Shown one piece after another: positions 40,039 through 50,400 of a DNA stretch of 64,000 nucleotides. Numbering within the stretch: the stretch's first letter is position 1; each line of letters starts with the position of its first letter. Source of the stretch: Longimicrobiales bacterium (GTDB lineage Bacteria > Gemmatimonadota > Gemmatimonadetes > Longimicrobiales > Gaopeijiaceae); assembly GCA_965202805.1 (NCBI GenBank), contig OZ241869.1, positions 192,001 to 256,000 of the forward strand, read 5' to 3'. A model generated the notes under the pieces. The model ran no database searches and had not been told where the DNA came from. It saw only the letters and a list, made by a program, of their open reading frames with translations. Position numbers and translations under genes: made by a program.

Positions 40039-41430
40039 TCAGAAGCCGCCCCCGGTCGAGAACCCGCCGCCCCCGAAACCACCGCCGGTCGAAAAACCGC
40101 CGCCTCCGAAGCCACCCGCGCCGAAGCTGCCCACGCTTGAGCCGTGGACGGGGAGGAAATGCTGGTTGTGTCCCAGCATCCGATGCACGTGCCGGGACGA
40201 GTGGTGCCCCGCGACGAAGCCCAGGAGCAGGGCGTTGATGTCGAGACCGTCGTCAAAGCGGGACCGCCCCCCGTCCCAGTCGTCGGCCTCGAAGCGGTCG
40301 CGGATCTCCTCCAGGCCCGCCAGGCGCTCGGCGAGACGCGTGCGCTCCTTCCGGCGCGTTGCGAGCTCCCCGCGCAGCCGGGTGAGCCGGCCGTCGATCT
40401 CGAGCAGCTGCGCCACCAGGGCGTCGTCTCGCGGATCGCGGGTGGCCCGCGCCATCGCGACCAGCTCTTCGAGTGTGCGGCCCTCCAGAAACGCCTCCAG
40501 GCCGTCGATCGCCGACTCGTAGTAGGATCCGCGCTCGTCGTGGAGGGCGGCCAGTTCGTCGGTGAGTTCGCGCAGGGCGGCTTCGGCCTCGCGCACGGTC
40601 TTCCGCGCCACCTCGCGCTCCGCGTAGAGCTTCTCGCCGCGCGCGAGCACCGGTGTGAGCCCGTTGCGGTCCATGACCTCCTCCTCCAGCCGGTTGAGGG
40701 GAGGCAGCGCAGTGGCGAGGGCCGCGCGATCCTCCTCGAGCACGGCGGCGGCGTGACCGGGCAGCGCGTTCAGGAAGTCGTACCTGGCGCGGGCGTCCTC
40801 GTACTGCGTCACCTCAGCCACCCAGCCGTCCAGGCGGCGGGTGAGGACGTTGCCGGTAGCTCTGGCCGTCGCGTAGCCCCGGCGCGCGAGGTAGGAGAAG
40901 AGGGCGTCTTCCTCATACGCGGGCACCCTTTCCGCCTGTTCGCGCTCGGCGGCCTCGTGGCGCTCCTCGGAAGCGGCGACCCGGGCCTCCAGCAGGCGCG
41001 CCCGTTCGAAGAGGCGCTGCCACCGGGGCATGGCCTGGAGTTCCTCGAACACCAGGCGCGCCAGCCGGGCCCGCTCTTCGCCGGTCTCGTTCAGCGCTTC
41101 GGTCACCGATGCCAGCGCGGCCTCGGCCGCCGCGACCTCCTCGCGCTGCTCCGGAATACGCTTCTCGACCTCACGCAGGCGGTCCTTCTTCTCGTCGAAG
41201 ATGGCGCGCACGCCGGACTCCATCCCGGCGAGGGTGGCCGCCACGGCGTCCTCCCTCATCGCCGGAAGATGGAACTCGGCCAGCGAGCGAATGGCGGCGC
41301 ACCTGCGTTCGCCCGTCTCGCCCAGCGCCGACTGCAGCCCGTCGATGCTTCGCTCCCGCTCGTCCAGCTCACGCCGGACCCGGCGGATGCGCCGGACGAT
41401 CCCGCGGTGGATGTCTCTGCCGGTCTGCAT
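40039..41430 (-). CDS. Long coiled-coil protein with a Gly/Phe-rich C-terminal tail
   Basis: Heptad-rich E/R/A/L sequence, YEEDALFSYLARRGY, tail GGFGGGGFSTGGGFGGGGFSTGGGF. Confidence 0.8.
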   Translation of the reverse strand: MQTGRDIHRGIVRRIRRVRRELDERERSIDGLQSALGETGERRCAAIRSLAEFHLPAMREDAVAATLAGMESGVRAIFDEKKDRLREVEKRIPEQREEVAAAEAALASVTEALNETGEERARLARLVFEELQAMPRWQRLFERARLLEARVAASEERHEAAEREQAERVPAYEEDALFSYLARRGYATARATGNVLTRRLDGWVAEVTQYEDARARYDFLNALPGHAAAVLEEDRAALATALPPLNRLEEEVMDRNGLTPVLARGEKLYAEREVARKTVREAEAALRELTDELAALHDERGSYYESAIDGLEAFLEGRTLEELVAMARATRDPRDDALVAQLLEIDGRLTRLRGELATRRKERTRLAERLAGLEEIRDRFEADDWDGGRSRFDDGLDINALLLGFVAGHHSSRHVHRMLGHNQHFLPVHGSSVGSFGAGGFGGGGFSTGGGFGGGGFSTGGGF

Positions 41431-41432
41431 GG

Positions 41433-42668
41433 CTACCACTCCGTGATCTGGCCGATATCGGCGTAACGGCGTTCGGCGGTGACGAACCCTCTGGCCTTGA
41501 AGCCGAACTCCTCATCGTCGATGATGCCGTTGTCCGCCCTGTCGGCGGCGACGCGATCGTACACCTCCTGCGGAACCCGCTCTCCCCATTGCCGGACGCG
41601 TCTCGTCTCGCCGTTCTCCTCGCTGCGGATGGTCACCGGCACCGGCTCCCCATCGGTCCCCAGCGCCTGTACCAGCAGGTAGTGGTTGCGGACGTCGCGC
41701 GCGTTGCCCGGATAGCGCCACACACCCCCCGTGACGACGATGCGGTACTCCGTGGAGACCGCGTCGAGCAGGTCGCGATAGCGCCGTGCGGCGTCGTCGA
41801 GACCGGTGACGTCGCGGGCGGCGACGCGGGACTCGGCCTCTCGGGCGAGCTCGCCTGCACGCTCCCGCACCAGGTCCTCCGCGGCTTCAGCGAGCACGGC
41901 GGCGTGGACACGGGCGACTTCGCCCGCGAGGGCGCCAAGGCGGGTGTGACGCTCGAGCGCCGCGTCCGCCCGGTCGATCCCGGCCCGAGCGAGCTCCAGG
42001 TCCCCTGCCACGGCCCCGGTCCTCTCGCGGAGCCGGTCGAGATCAGGGCGCGCAAGGTCTTCCCGGGCGGCCTCCCGGGCGATGGGGCCGATGGCCTCCC
42101 CGACCGCCGACAGCCGGACGCCGGCGGCCGCCAGGCTGGCCGCGAACTCATCGGCCTCGGCGGCGGGAAGGTCGGGCGGCGTGCCTTGCGACCGCAGAGC
42201 ATCGAGCTCTGCGAGTTCGGCGGTCTGCGCCGCGCCGATGTCGGCCAGTTCCCCTCTGAGACGCTGCACGTCGCGCGCGAAGGCTCGCTCGGAAATCATC
42301 CCCGCGCCCGCAATGCTCCCCCAGATGAGGGCCGCGCCCGCCGCAGCCGGCAGCAGAATGCGCCGGGCGACCAGACCGCGGCGGACGTAGAGAAGCGCCA
42401 GGCTCCTTGCGACGCCGGGCGGCGCCGGGGTGAAGGCGTAGCGCCGGGAAAGGTAGTCGTCGAGCGCCTTCTCGATCGTCTCGCTGTCCACGAGGTCGCC
42501 CAGCTCCTCGTACATGCGCTGTATGTCGCGGATGGCGGCCTCGCGGTCGAAGGCCTCGTGCTCCTCCAGCGCCTGCCGTCGCCTGTGGATGACCTGCGCG
42601 GCATCCATCACGCGCAGCACTTCGTGGGGAGCCAGCGGTGTCCTGCCTTTGTGGTTCATTCCGGTCAC
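41433..42668 (-). CDS. DUF6384-like single-TM coiled-coil protein
   Basis: VLRVMD...RMYEELG...RYAFTPAPPGVARSLALLYVRR, one TM helix, C-terminal RNHYLLVQA...SEENG...WGERV...DRADNGII...ITEW. Confidence 0.75.
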   Translation of the reverse strand: MTGMNHKGRTPLAPHEVLRVMDAAQVIHRRRQALEEHEAFDREAAIRDIQRMYEELGDLVDSETIEKALDDYLSRRYAFTPAPPGVARSLALLYVRRGLVARRILLPAAAGAALIWGSIAGAGMISERAFARDVQRLRGELADIGAAQTAELAELDALRSQGTPPDLPAAEADEFAASLAAAGVRLSAVGEAIGPIAREAAREDLARPDLDRLRERTGAVAGDLELARAGIDRADAALERHTRLGALAGEVARVHAAVLAEAAEDLVRERAGELAREAESRVAARDVTGLDDAARRYRDLLDAVSTEYRIVVTGGVWRYPGNARDVRNHYLLVQALGTDGEPVPVTIRSEENGETRRVRQWGERVPQEVYDRVAADRADNGIIDDEEFGFKARGFVTAERRYADIGQITEW

Positions 42669-43354
42669 CTCAGCCGATAGCGGAGGCCGACGTTGATGAT
42701 GGGCCAGTAGTTGAGGAAAGCGCCGGCGTCGTCTTCGGCGTCCCGTCTCTCCGTCTCGAGGTCGGCACGGAACCCGGGCGAGCCCAGCACTGCCGGATCC
42801 CCCGTGGCGGACATCTCGAAGCCCGCGTCCAGCGGAAACGCGGCGCCGAGATCCACAAGAAGGGCGATCCGGCGCGACAGATCGGGCGCGAAACCGAGGA
42901 GTGCGTAGGGCGCGATCGACCCGGATACGAGTGTCGTGGTGAGCGTGCTGACCTCCGGCTCCCTGTAGTAGCCCCCGCCTATGTCGATGGACGCGCCGCT
43001 GCCGTAGGTGATCTCGTAGGCCGGATCACCGGATCTCATCAGCAGACCCGCCTCCGCCGTGAGGACGCCGAACGATAGCGCGGCGCCGACCGCATAGAGG
43101 GCGCCCGGCAGGGACAGCTCCGCCGTACGGTCGCCGGCGAGGTTGGATCTTTCCGTTACATCAACCGAGAATCCGAGAAAACCGATTCCGCCGCGCATCT
43201 CCACGCCCTCGCTCAATGCTACCGCAACCTCGGCTCCGACGCCGAGCGTCCCGACGCGGCCGCCGACGGAAATGTTTCCCTGCAGCGCAAGGGCCGGTCG
43301 GGCGCTCGCCGGGAGCGACATGAGCAGGATCACGAACACGACGGACCGCGTCAT
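42665..43354 (-). CDS. Outer-membrane beta-barrel protein
   Basis: Signal peptide, alternating strands (VGTLGVGAEV, APYALLGF), terminal strand WPIINVGLRYRL. Confidence 0.7.
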   Translation of the reverse strand: MTRSVVFVILLMSLPASARPALALQGNISVGGRVGTLGVGAEVAVALSEGVEMRGGIGFLGFSVDVTERSNLAGDRTAELSLPGALYAVGAALSFGVLTAEAGLLMRSGDPAYEITYGSGASIDIGGGYYREPEVSTLTTTLVSGSIAPYALLGFAPDLSRRIALLVDLGAAFPLDAGFEMSATGDPAVLGSPGFRADLETERRDAEDDAGAFLNYWPIINVGLRYRLR

Positions 43355-43559
43355 CGGCAACTCCACGAAAGGAACCCCATCGGAACATCGAACAATCGAT
43401 GACGAGCCGCCACGGACCAGCGAGGCATCGGCCCCGCCACGTGGGTTCCGGGTGGATGCGGGGTCGATCGAGTGCAGTTGCGAGGTTGATCGCCTGCGGG
43501 CGAAAGCCGAGTATGAAGCTCGTTACGGCATCGCTCTTCCCCATTGACCGGATTCTTCG

Positions 43560-46500
43560 ATGACCAACCGGACCTCTTCGACCAGCTTCACGCACCGGCT
43601 CCACCGCCGGCTCCTGGCCTGCATTCTCACGGCGGTCCTCACGACCGGCGTCACCCCGGCTCAGGCCCAGGTTGCAACCGGCCAGCTGGACGCCCTCCGC
43701 CCCCGAAACATCGGCCCCGCCGTCATGAGCGGCAGGATCGTCGATCTCGCGGTGGCGGAGTCCGACCCCATCAAGTTCTACGTCGCGTCCGCGACCGGGG
43801 GCGTCTACAAGACCGGCGACAACGGCATCACCCTCGACCCGGTGTTCGAGAGCGAAGGCACCCACTCGGTGGGGGCGATCGCGCTGCACCAGCGGGACAC
43901 CTCGATCGTGTGGGTCGGCACCGGCGAGCGGGCGAACCGGCAGAGTTCGTCGTGGGGCGACGGCGTGTACAGGAGCACCGACGGCGGCGCGTCGTGGACC
44001 AACATGGGACTGCGCGACAGCAAGCACATCGGCCGCATCGCGCTCCACCCCGAGGACACGGACCTCGTCTACGTAGCTGCGATGGGCCACCTCTGGGGCC
44101 CCAACGACGAGCGCGGCCTCTACCGGAGCGGCGACGGGGGCGCGACCTGGCAGCGCATCCTCCACGTCGACGAGGACACCGGCGTCGTGGATGTGGCGCT
44201 GGACCCGGAGGATCCGGGCATCGTGTACGCGGCCACCTACCAGCGGCGGCGCCGTCCCTGGGGATTCCACGGCGGCGGCCCCGGCAGCGCGCTCTACCGC
44301 AGCGTGGACGGTGGCGACACCTGGGACAGACTCTCGGGTCCGGGGATCGCCCGCGGGCTCCCGGATGGGATCCTGGGACGCATCGGCATCTCCATCTACA
44401 GGAGCGACCCGCGCATCGTCTACGCGAGCGTCGAGCAGGGCTACCGCTACAACGCCTCCACCGCCTACACCGAGCGGCGCGCCGGCATCTACCGCTCCGA
44501 TGACCGGGGCGAGACCTGGGAGCTCATGAGCGACTGGAATCCCCGGCCCATGTACGCGAGCCAGATCCTGGTCGACCCGAGCGACGATCAGCGCATCTAC
44601 ATGGTGAACAGCTACTCCTTCTCCGACGACGGGGGCCGCACCTTCACCGTTCCGCCCCAGAGCCTGCACGGCGACGACCGCCTGGTCTGGGTCAACCCCG
44701 ACGACTCGCGCCACGTGATGAAGGCCGACGACGGCGGGCTCGGGATCTCGTACGACCGCGGCCTGAACTGGCTCTATATTTCCGACCTGCCGGTGAGCCA
44801 GTACTACCGGGTCCAGGTGGACATGGCGGAACCCTACAACGTCTATGGAGGGCTGCAGGACAACGGCTCGTGGATGGGGCCCAGCGAGACGTACCGGACT
44901 GAGGGGATCGTCAACAGCGACTGGCGCCGACTGGGCGGCGGCGACGGCTTTGTGAATATACCGGATACGACCAACAACTATATCATATATACGGAATCAC
45001 AATATCTGGGACTATCACGGGTTGATATTCGAAGCGGGCAGCGAACCAGCATCCGGCCCGGCAATCCCGAGGGCAACATCGCGGGCCGCCGCAACTGGGA
45101 GACCTGGAGAGAGGTGGGCACCTTCGAGGAACAGCGCCTCGGCAACGCCATGGAGCCCGCGAACTGGGACGGTCCCTTCATCATCTCTCCGCACGACGGG
45201 TCCACCCTGTACGCGGGGACCCGGAACATGTGGAAGACCACCGACCAGGGCGACTCGTGGCAGGCGCTGGGCGACCTCACCACCGGCGTGGACCGGCGCA
45301 CGCTGCCGGTCATGGGGCAGATGCCGAACGACCTCACGCCTTCCCTGGACGACGGCGTTCCCTACTATCCCACCATCTCGGCCGTCGCGGAGAGCCCGCT
45401 CAGGCAGGGGCTCATCTACGCCGGCACCGCCGACGGGCGCCTGCACGTCTCGCGCGACGGCGGCGAGCGCTGGACCGATGTGGCCGCCCGCGACGTGTCC
45501 GACTCCGACGAGCCCGCCGCGCTGCCCGACTTCCCCGGTCTTCCTCCCGGGGCGTGGGTAAACGGCGTCGAGCCCTCCCGGCACGAGGAGGGCCGCGTCT
45601 ACGCGGTCTGGAACAACTACCGCAATGACGACTACGCGAACTACCTCTACCGCTCCGACGACTACGGCGAGACCTGGGTCTCCATCACCGGCGATCTGCC
45701 CGCCGAACGCGTGCTGCGGACGGTGCGCGAGGACCCGCGCAATCCCTCGGTGCTCTTCCTTGGCGCCGAGATCGGGCTCTTCTACACGATGGACGGCGGC
45801 GCGCACTGGACCGAGCTGCGGGGCGGAATGCCGACGCTCCCGTTCAACGACCTCGTGATCCACCCGCGCGACAACGACCTGGTCGTCGGGACCCACGGGC
45901 GCGGAATCTGGATCCTCGACCAGATCAACGCGCTGCAGGAGCTGACGCCGGAGGTCATGGCCGCCCCGGCCCACCTGTTCACCATCGAGCCCGCCAGCCA
46001 GATCCGGCGGGCAGGCGGAGCCGCCCACGCCGGCGACGTGCACTACCAGGGCGAGAATCCGCCCAACGGCGCCATCCTCGACTACTGGCTCGCCGAGGAG
46101 GCGGCGGAGGGGACGGTGAGCGTCGCCATCGAGGACGAAGGCGGCGCCCGCGTGGCCACCGTGGAGGGAACCACGGGGCAGGGGATGAACCGGGTCGTGT
46201 GGGACATGCGCCACGAGGTGGATGCCGGTCGGGGCCCGCTGGCCGTGCCCGGCGCCTACACCGCGCGCCTGCAGGCTGCGGGCGTGGAGTCCGCGCAACG
46301 TTTTTTGTTGCGTGAAGACCCGCGAATCGATGCGCCTGCCGACGTAAGAGCAGCCTGGACAGACACTTTGCTGGAGCTGGCCGAGGCGAGAGCCCGGGTC
46401 GCCTCCGAAGGGTCGCGCATCGAGGAGACGCTGGAGGGGATCGCCGAGGACGACGTCGGTCCCCGCGCCGCCAGGCTGCGCGACCTGCGCCGCGAATTCG

Positions 46501-46643
46501 GCGAGCTGGCCAGCCGCCTCGCCCGCCTTTCGGGCGCGGTGGAGGGCGTGGTCGCACCGCTGACGCAGGACCAGCAGGCGCAGCGCGCGTTCTACATGGA
46601 GATGCTGGAGACGCTGACGACGGAGGCGGCGGAGGTGCGGTAG
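43560..46643 (+). CDS. VPS10/BNR-repeat beta-propeller protein (glycosyl hydrolase-like), secreted
   Basis: RNIGPAVMSGRI, many SxDGGxxW Asp-boxes, GGLQDNGSW, GTHGRGIWILD, GENPPNGA. Confidence 0.88.
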   Translation: MTNRTSSTSFTHRLHRRLLACILTAVLTTGVTPAQAQVATGQLDALRPRNIGPAVMSGRIVDLAVAESDPIKFYVASATGGVYKTGDNGITLDPVFESEGTHSVGAIALHQRDTSIVWVGTGERANRQSSSWGDGVYRSTDGGASWTNMGLRDSKHIGRIALHPEDTDLVYVAAMGHLWGPNDERGLYRSGDGGATWQRILHVDEDTGVVDVALDPEDPGIVYAATYQRRRRPWGFHGGGPGSALYRSVDGGDTWDRLSGPGIARGLPDGILGRIGISIYRSDPRIVYASVEQGYRYNASTAYTERRAGIYRSDDRGETWELMSDWNPRPMYASQILVDPSDDQRIYMVNSYSFSDDGGRTFTVPPQSLHGDDRLVWVNPDDSRHVMKADDGGLGISYDRGLNWLYISDLPVSQYYRVQVDMAEPYNVYGGLQDNGSWMGPSETYRTEGIVNSDWRRLGGGDGFVNIPDTTNNYIIYTESQYLGLSRVDIRSGQRTSIRPGNPEGNIAGRRNWETWREVGTFEEQRLGNAMEPANWDGPFIISPHDGSTLYAGTRNMWKTTDQGDSWQALGDLTTGVDRRTLPVMGQMPNDLTPSLDDGVPYYPTISAVAESPLRQGLIYAGTADGRLHVSRDGGERWTDVAARDVSDSDEPAALPDFPGLPPGAWVNGVEPSRHEEGRVYAVWNNYRNDDYANYLYRSDDYGETWVSITGDLPAERVLRTVREDPRNPSVLFLGAEIGLFYTMDGGAHWTELRGGMPTLPFNDLVIHPRDNDLVVGTHGRGIWILDQINALQELTPEVMAAPAHLFTIEPASQIRRAGGAAHAGDVHYQGENPPNGAILDYWLAEEAAEGTVSVAIEDEGGARVATVEGTTGQGMNRVVWDMRHEVDAGRGPLAVPGAYTARLQAAGVESAQRFLLREDPRIDAPADVRAAWTDTLLELAEARARVASEGSRIEETLEGIAEDDVGPRAARLRDLRREFGELASRLARLSGAVEGVVAPLTQDQQAQRAFYMEMLETLTTEAAEVR

Positions 46644-46659
46644 ACCGGGCAGAGCCGCA

Positions 46660-46890
46660 TCAGGCCAGGTACCGCTCCATCAACACCTTCCGGTGATGGC
46701 GCGAGTGCCCGGCGATGATCCAGGCCAGGCTTCGGACGGTGAACTCGTTGCCGCTGGCCACGCCGCGCCGATTCCATGCGTCCTCCGGGAAGCTGCGCAG
46801 CAGCAGGAGGGTTGCCGTCCGGACGGCCGACAGCTCCTCGGAGAGATCGGCAGGGGTGCGCTGGTCGGCCCCGGATTCGGCCGCGTAGGC
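46660..46890 (-). pseudogene. 3' half of a DinB-family metalloprotein gene (5' half missing)
   Basis: Hand translation AYAAESGADQRTPADLSEELSAVRTATLLLLRSFPEDAWNRRGVASGNEFTVRSLAWIIAGHSRHHRKVLMERYLA*; no start codon and an in-frame TAG at 46927-46929 upstream. Confidence 0.75.
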
Positions 46891-47447
46891 AGATCGGCTG
46901 AGGCCAGAATCCCGGCAGGATATCTTCTAAAGTCTTACAGGACTGCACGATCTGCGTTTCCTGCCGTTGTACTGGACCCTGCTGGACCGTGCCGCGAAAG
47001 CGGGAAAAACGGAGTTGAATGGCGGGACTCCCGCACCGGTGCTGACTCTTCGCCGATGGTCCCGGAAGCCCGCTTTCGGCCACCCCTTTGGGAAAGCAGA
47101 GTCCTCTCCAGGCGTTTCGGCCATCGGACCTGCCGGAGCGCCGCCCGGTCTCCGGGCGTGGGCCGCGCCGCTTCCGGCATTGAGATTCCGGTGATCCCGG
47201 GTTGCGAGGCCAAGTCATCCGAATCATCGGCGAATTCTCGTCGAAGCGGAGCGATTTCTCGGCCACAACTCGGACGCCAAGTGCTATCCTTAACGGTCAT
47301 GCGCGTAGTAGGCGCTCAGGCGACCCGAGCCTTCGCGACATCCTCGAACCTCCCCGAACGGGCGGCGAGACGGTGGACTCCGACTACTCCCATCGTAAAG
47401 ACCGGCGACCCATCGCTAATCTAAGAGCCGATCCGATCCGTATCGGC

Positions 47448-50400
47448 ATGATGCGCGCCCGCCCATTTCATCTTCCTCCCCTCGCCCTCCTGACCGCGCT
47501 GCTGGCGGCGACGTTCTTCTTGGCTTGCCTGGACGGCGACGCCCCGACGGAGCCGCCTCCGCCCGAACCCCTCCGGGCGACGACGATCACCGTGAGCCCG
47601 GCCACGGTCGATCTGGCCGCACTGGGTGCGACGGTTCAGTTGTCCGCGCAAGTTCAGGACCAGAACGGTCAGGGGATGGCGGGCGCAGCCGTGACCTGGG
47701 CGAGCGCCGCGGCCGCCGTGGCGGCGGTAAGCACGTCCGGGCTGGTCACGGCGGTGGCCAACGGAAGCGCCACGATCACGGCGACCTCGGGATCGGCCTC
47801 GGGAAGCGCTGCGGTGACTGTGGCCCAGACGGTCAGTTCGGTGGCGGTGACACCGGATACGGCCAGCCTTGTGGCTCTTGGCGACACGGTGCGGCTGTCC
47901 GCCGAGGCGTTCGACGCGGACGGGAGCGCAGTGGCGGGCGCCGAGTTCTCGTGGGAGTCCAGCGACGAGTCCGTGGTGGCAGTGGACGCTTCAGGGCTGG
48001 CAACGGCGATGGCGAACGGGACGGCCACGATCACGGCGACCTCGGGATCGGCCTCGGGAAGCGCTGCGGTGACCGTGGCTCAGGCGGTCAGTTCGGTGGC
48101 GGTGACGCCGGATACGGCCAGCCTTGGGGCTCTTGGCGACACGGTACGGCTGTCCGCCGAGGCGTTCGACGCGAACGGGCATGCCGTGGCGGGCGCGGAG
48201 TTCTCGTGGGAGTCGAGTGACGAAGGGGTGGCGACGGTGGACGGCTCGGGTCTGGTGACGGCGGTGGGCAACGGGCAGGCGACCATCACGGCAGCGGTTG
48301 GTGATGCGCTTGGGCAATCCGCGATCACGGTCGCAGCGAACCGCGCCCCGATGGCGGTCGATTCGATCCCGCCCCATGTGGTGGTTCCCCGTGGCGAGGC
48401 ATCGGTGGACGTGACGCCGTACTTCAGCGACCCGGACGGCGACGCCCTGAGCTACGCGGCGGCCTCGTCCGCGCCGGAGGTGGCGGCCGCGGCGGTGTCG
48501 GGCGCCGAGGTGACCGTCACGGGCGTCTCGGCGGGGACCGCGACCATCACCGTGACCGCGAGCGATCCGGACGGGCTTTCGGCGCAGCAGGCCTTCCAGG
48601 CGACGGTAAGGCAAGCGGGATTCTCGATAACGGCGGTGGAACCGACCGTGCTGATCGAGGGTGACGAAGCGACGATCACCGGGTCCGGGTTCTCGTCCAC
48701 GATCACCAACAACCTGGTCACCATCGACGGGTTGCCCGCCAGAGTGGTGTCTGCGAGCCGGACGAATCTGGTGATCGGCGTCCCCGTCGCCGACTGTCGA
48801 CCGCCTCGCAGGGCGGAACTGAGGGTCTCGGTCGGAAGCCGGAGTGATTCTCTCACTGTTGGCGTTGCGCCGCTTGCCCAAGAGGACATGGCACTGCCGC
48901 AGTACTCCTACATTCACACGCGCGCCGGAGACGGCTGTGTCCATCTCCCCGGCAGCGCCAGCGGCGGCGAGTATCTGATCGGCGTGGTGTCCACGTCCGA
49001 GCGACCGGCATCCTTGACCTCCGTCACATTGAACGGCACTCCGGGAGATCTCACCGTCGCGGGGACGGCGGCAACAGCGTCGGCGTCGGCCAGGGCGGAG
49101 CTCCGGCGCATGCCGGCGCGACCCTTGGCGGACAACCCTTCGCAACCCGCCGCGCCCGCGCCCCGAGTGCCCGATTCGCCGGTTCTCGTGAGGGACGATT
49201 CCCTCCGCGTGCGCCGCGCGAGCGCCAACAACGAGGTCATGGCCAGGAACGCAGCATGGTTGCGCGAACTGGGACGCGCGTCGCCACCGGCCCCGGGCGC
49301 GGATGGGCAGCATCGCGGCCTTGAGGCGGGAGACACGACATCGGTATACGAACCCTCCTCAAACAACTGGGGGTGTTCGGCAGGAGGGCGCAGGATCGAT
49401 GCCGTGGTCCGCCTCGTGGGGAGCCACACGATCTGGCTGGAGGATCTCGACAACCCCAGCGGAACCTTCTCGAACTCCGAACTCGTGGATCTGGACGCCC
49501 TCTATGCGGCGCACATCGCCAGCGTTCTCGACGACTATTTCGGAGGCCTCTCCGACGTGGACGGCAATGGACGCATCCTGATTCTCATGACCCAGGAGGT
49601 CAATCGCTCGCAGGGCGCGGGAGGCTACGTCTTTCTTCCGGATCTTTGGCCGACCGACAGATGCGCAGCCAGCAACCGGGCCGAGATCCTCTACGGATGG
49701 GTGCCGGATCCGGACGGCGTCGTCGGCCCCGCCACGAGCAAGGAACGGGTGTTCGCCGACTACCCTTCGCTGATCGCTCACGAGGCGGCGCACATCGCGC
49801 AACACCGCGCTCGGGCCTTGGGCAACGCGGGAGAAAAGAAGTCGTGGGAACTGGAGGGCGGTGCGGTGTTGGCGGAACAACTGGTGGCCTATCGCCTGTT
49901 CGGGCACGCATCCGGCCAGAACCTGGGATACGCGGAGTTCTCGGCCGGAGCGCACTGGCAGTCGGGATGGTTTTGGGACATGGCCCGGTTCTTCGGATGG
50001 GATCCGGACAAGAGCGGCGGCCGGGTTCCGCACGCGCCTGAGCAGTGCACCTGGATCGGTCGGCCGAGAGAGGGGAACAGCGGTCCTTGCAGGCATCCGC
50101 AAACTGCGGTCTACGGAGTCCCCTCGATGGTCTTTCGCTACGCCCTGGATCGATGGGGCGGAGCATACCCGGGCGGGGAGGAGGCGCTGATGAGACGCCT
50201 CACGCAGTCGCCGACCCAGGGGTTTGCCTCCCTGCGCGATGTCAGTGCATGGCGCACCGAGGCGATACTTGCCGACTTCTACATCACCCTCTGGCTGGAC
50301 TTGCAGCCGGGTCTTCACGCACGAGGCATGACCTCCTGGAACCTCCACGACATCTTCGACCGGTTTCCCGAGACCACATGGCTGCAACCCCGTCCGTCCA

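Noticed and set aside
44949..45032. AT-rich patch as oriC, dif or parS
   Set aside because: No DnaA boxes, XerC/D arms or parS consensus recognised.
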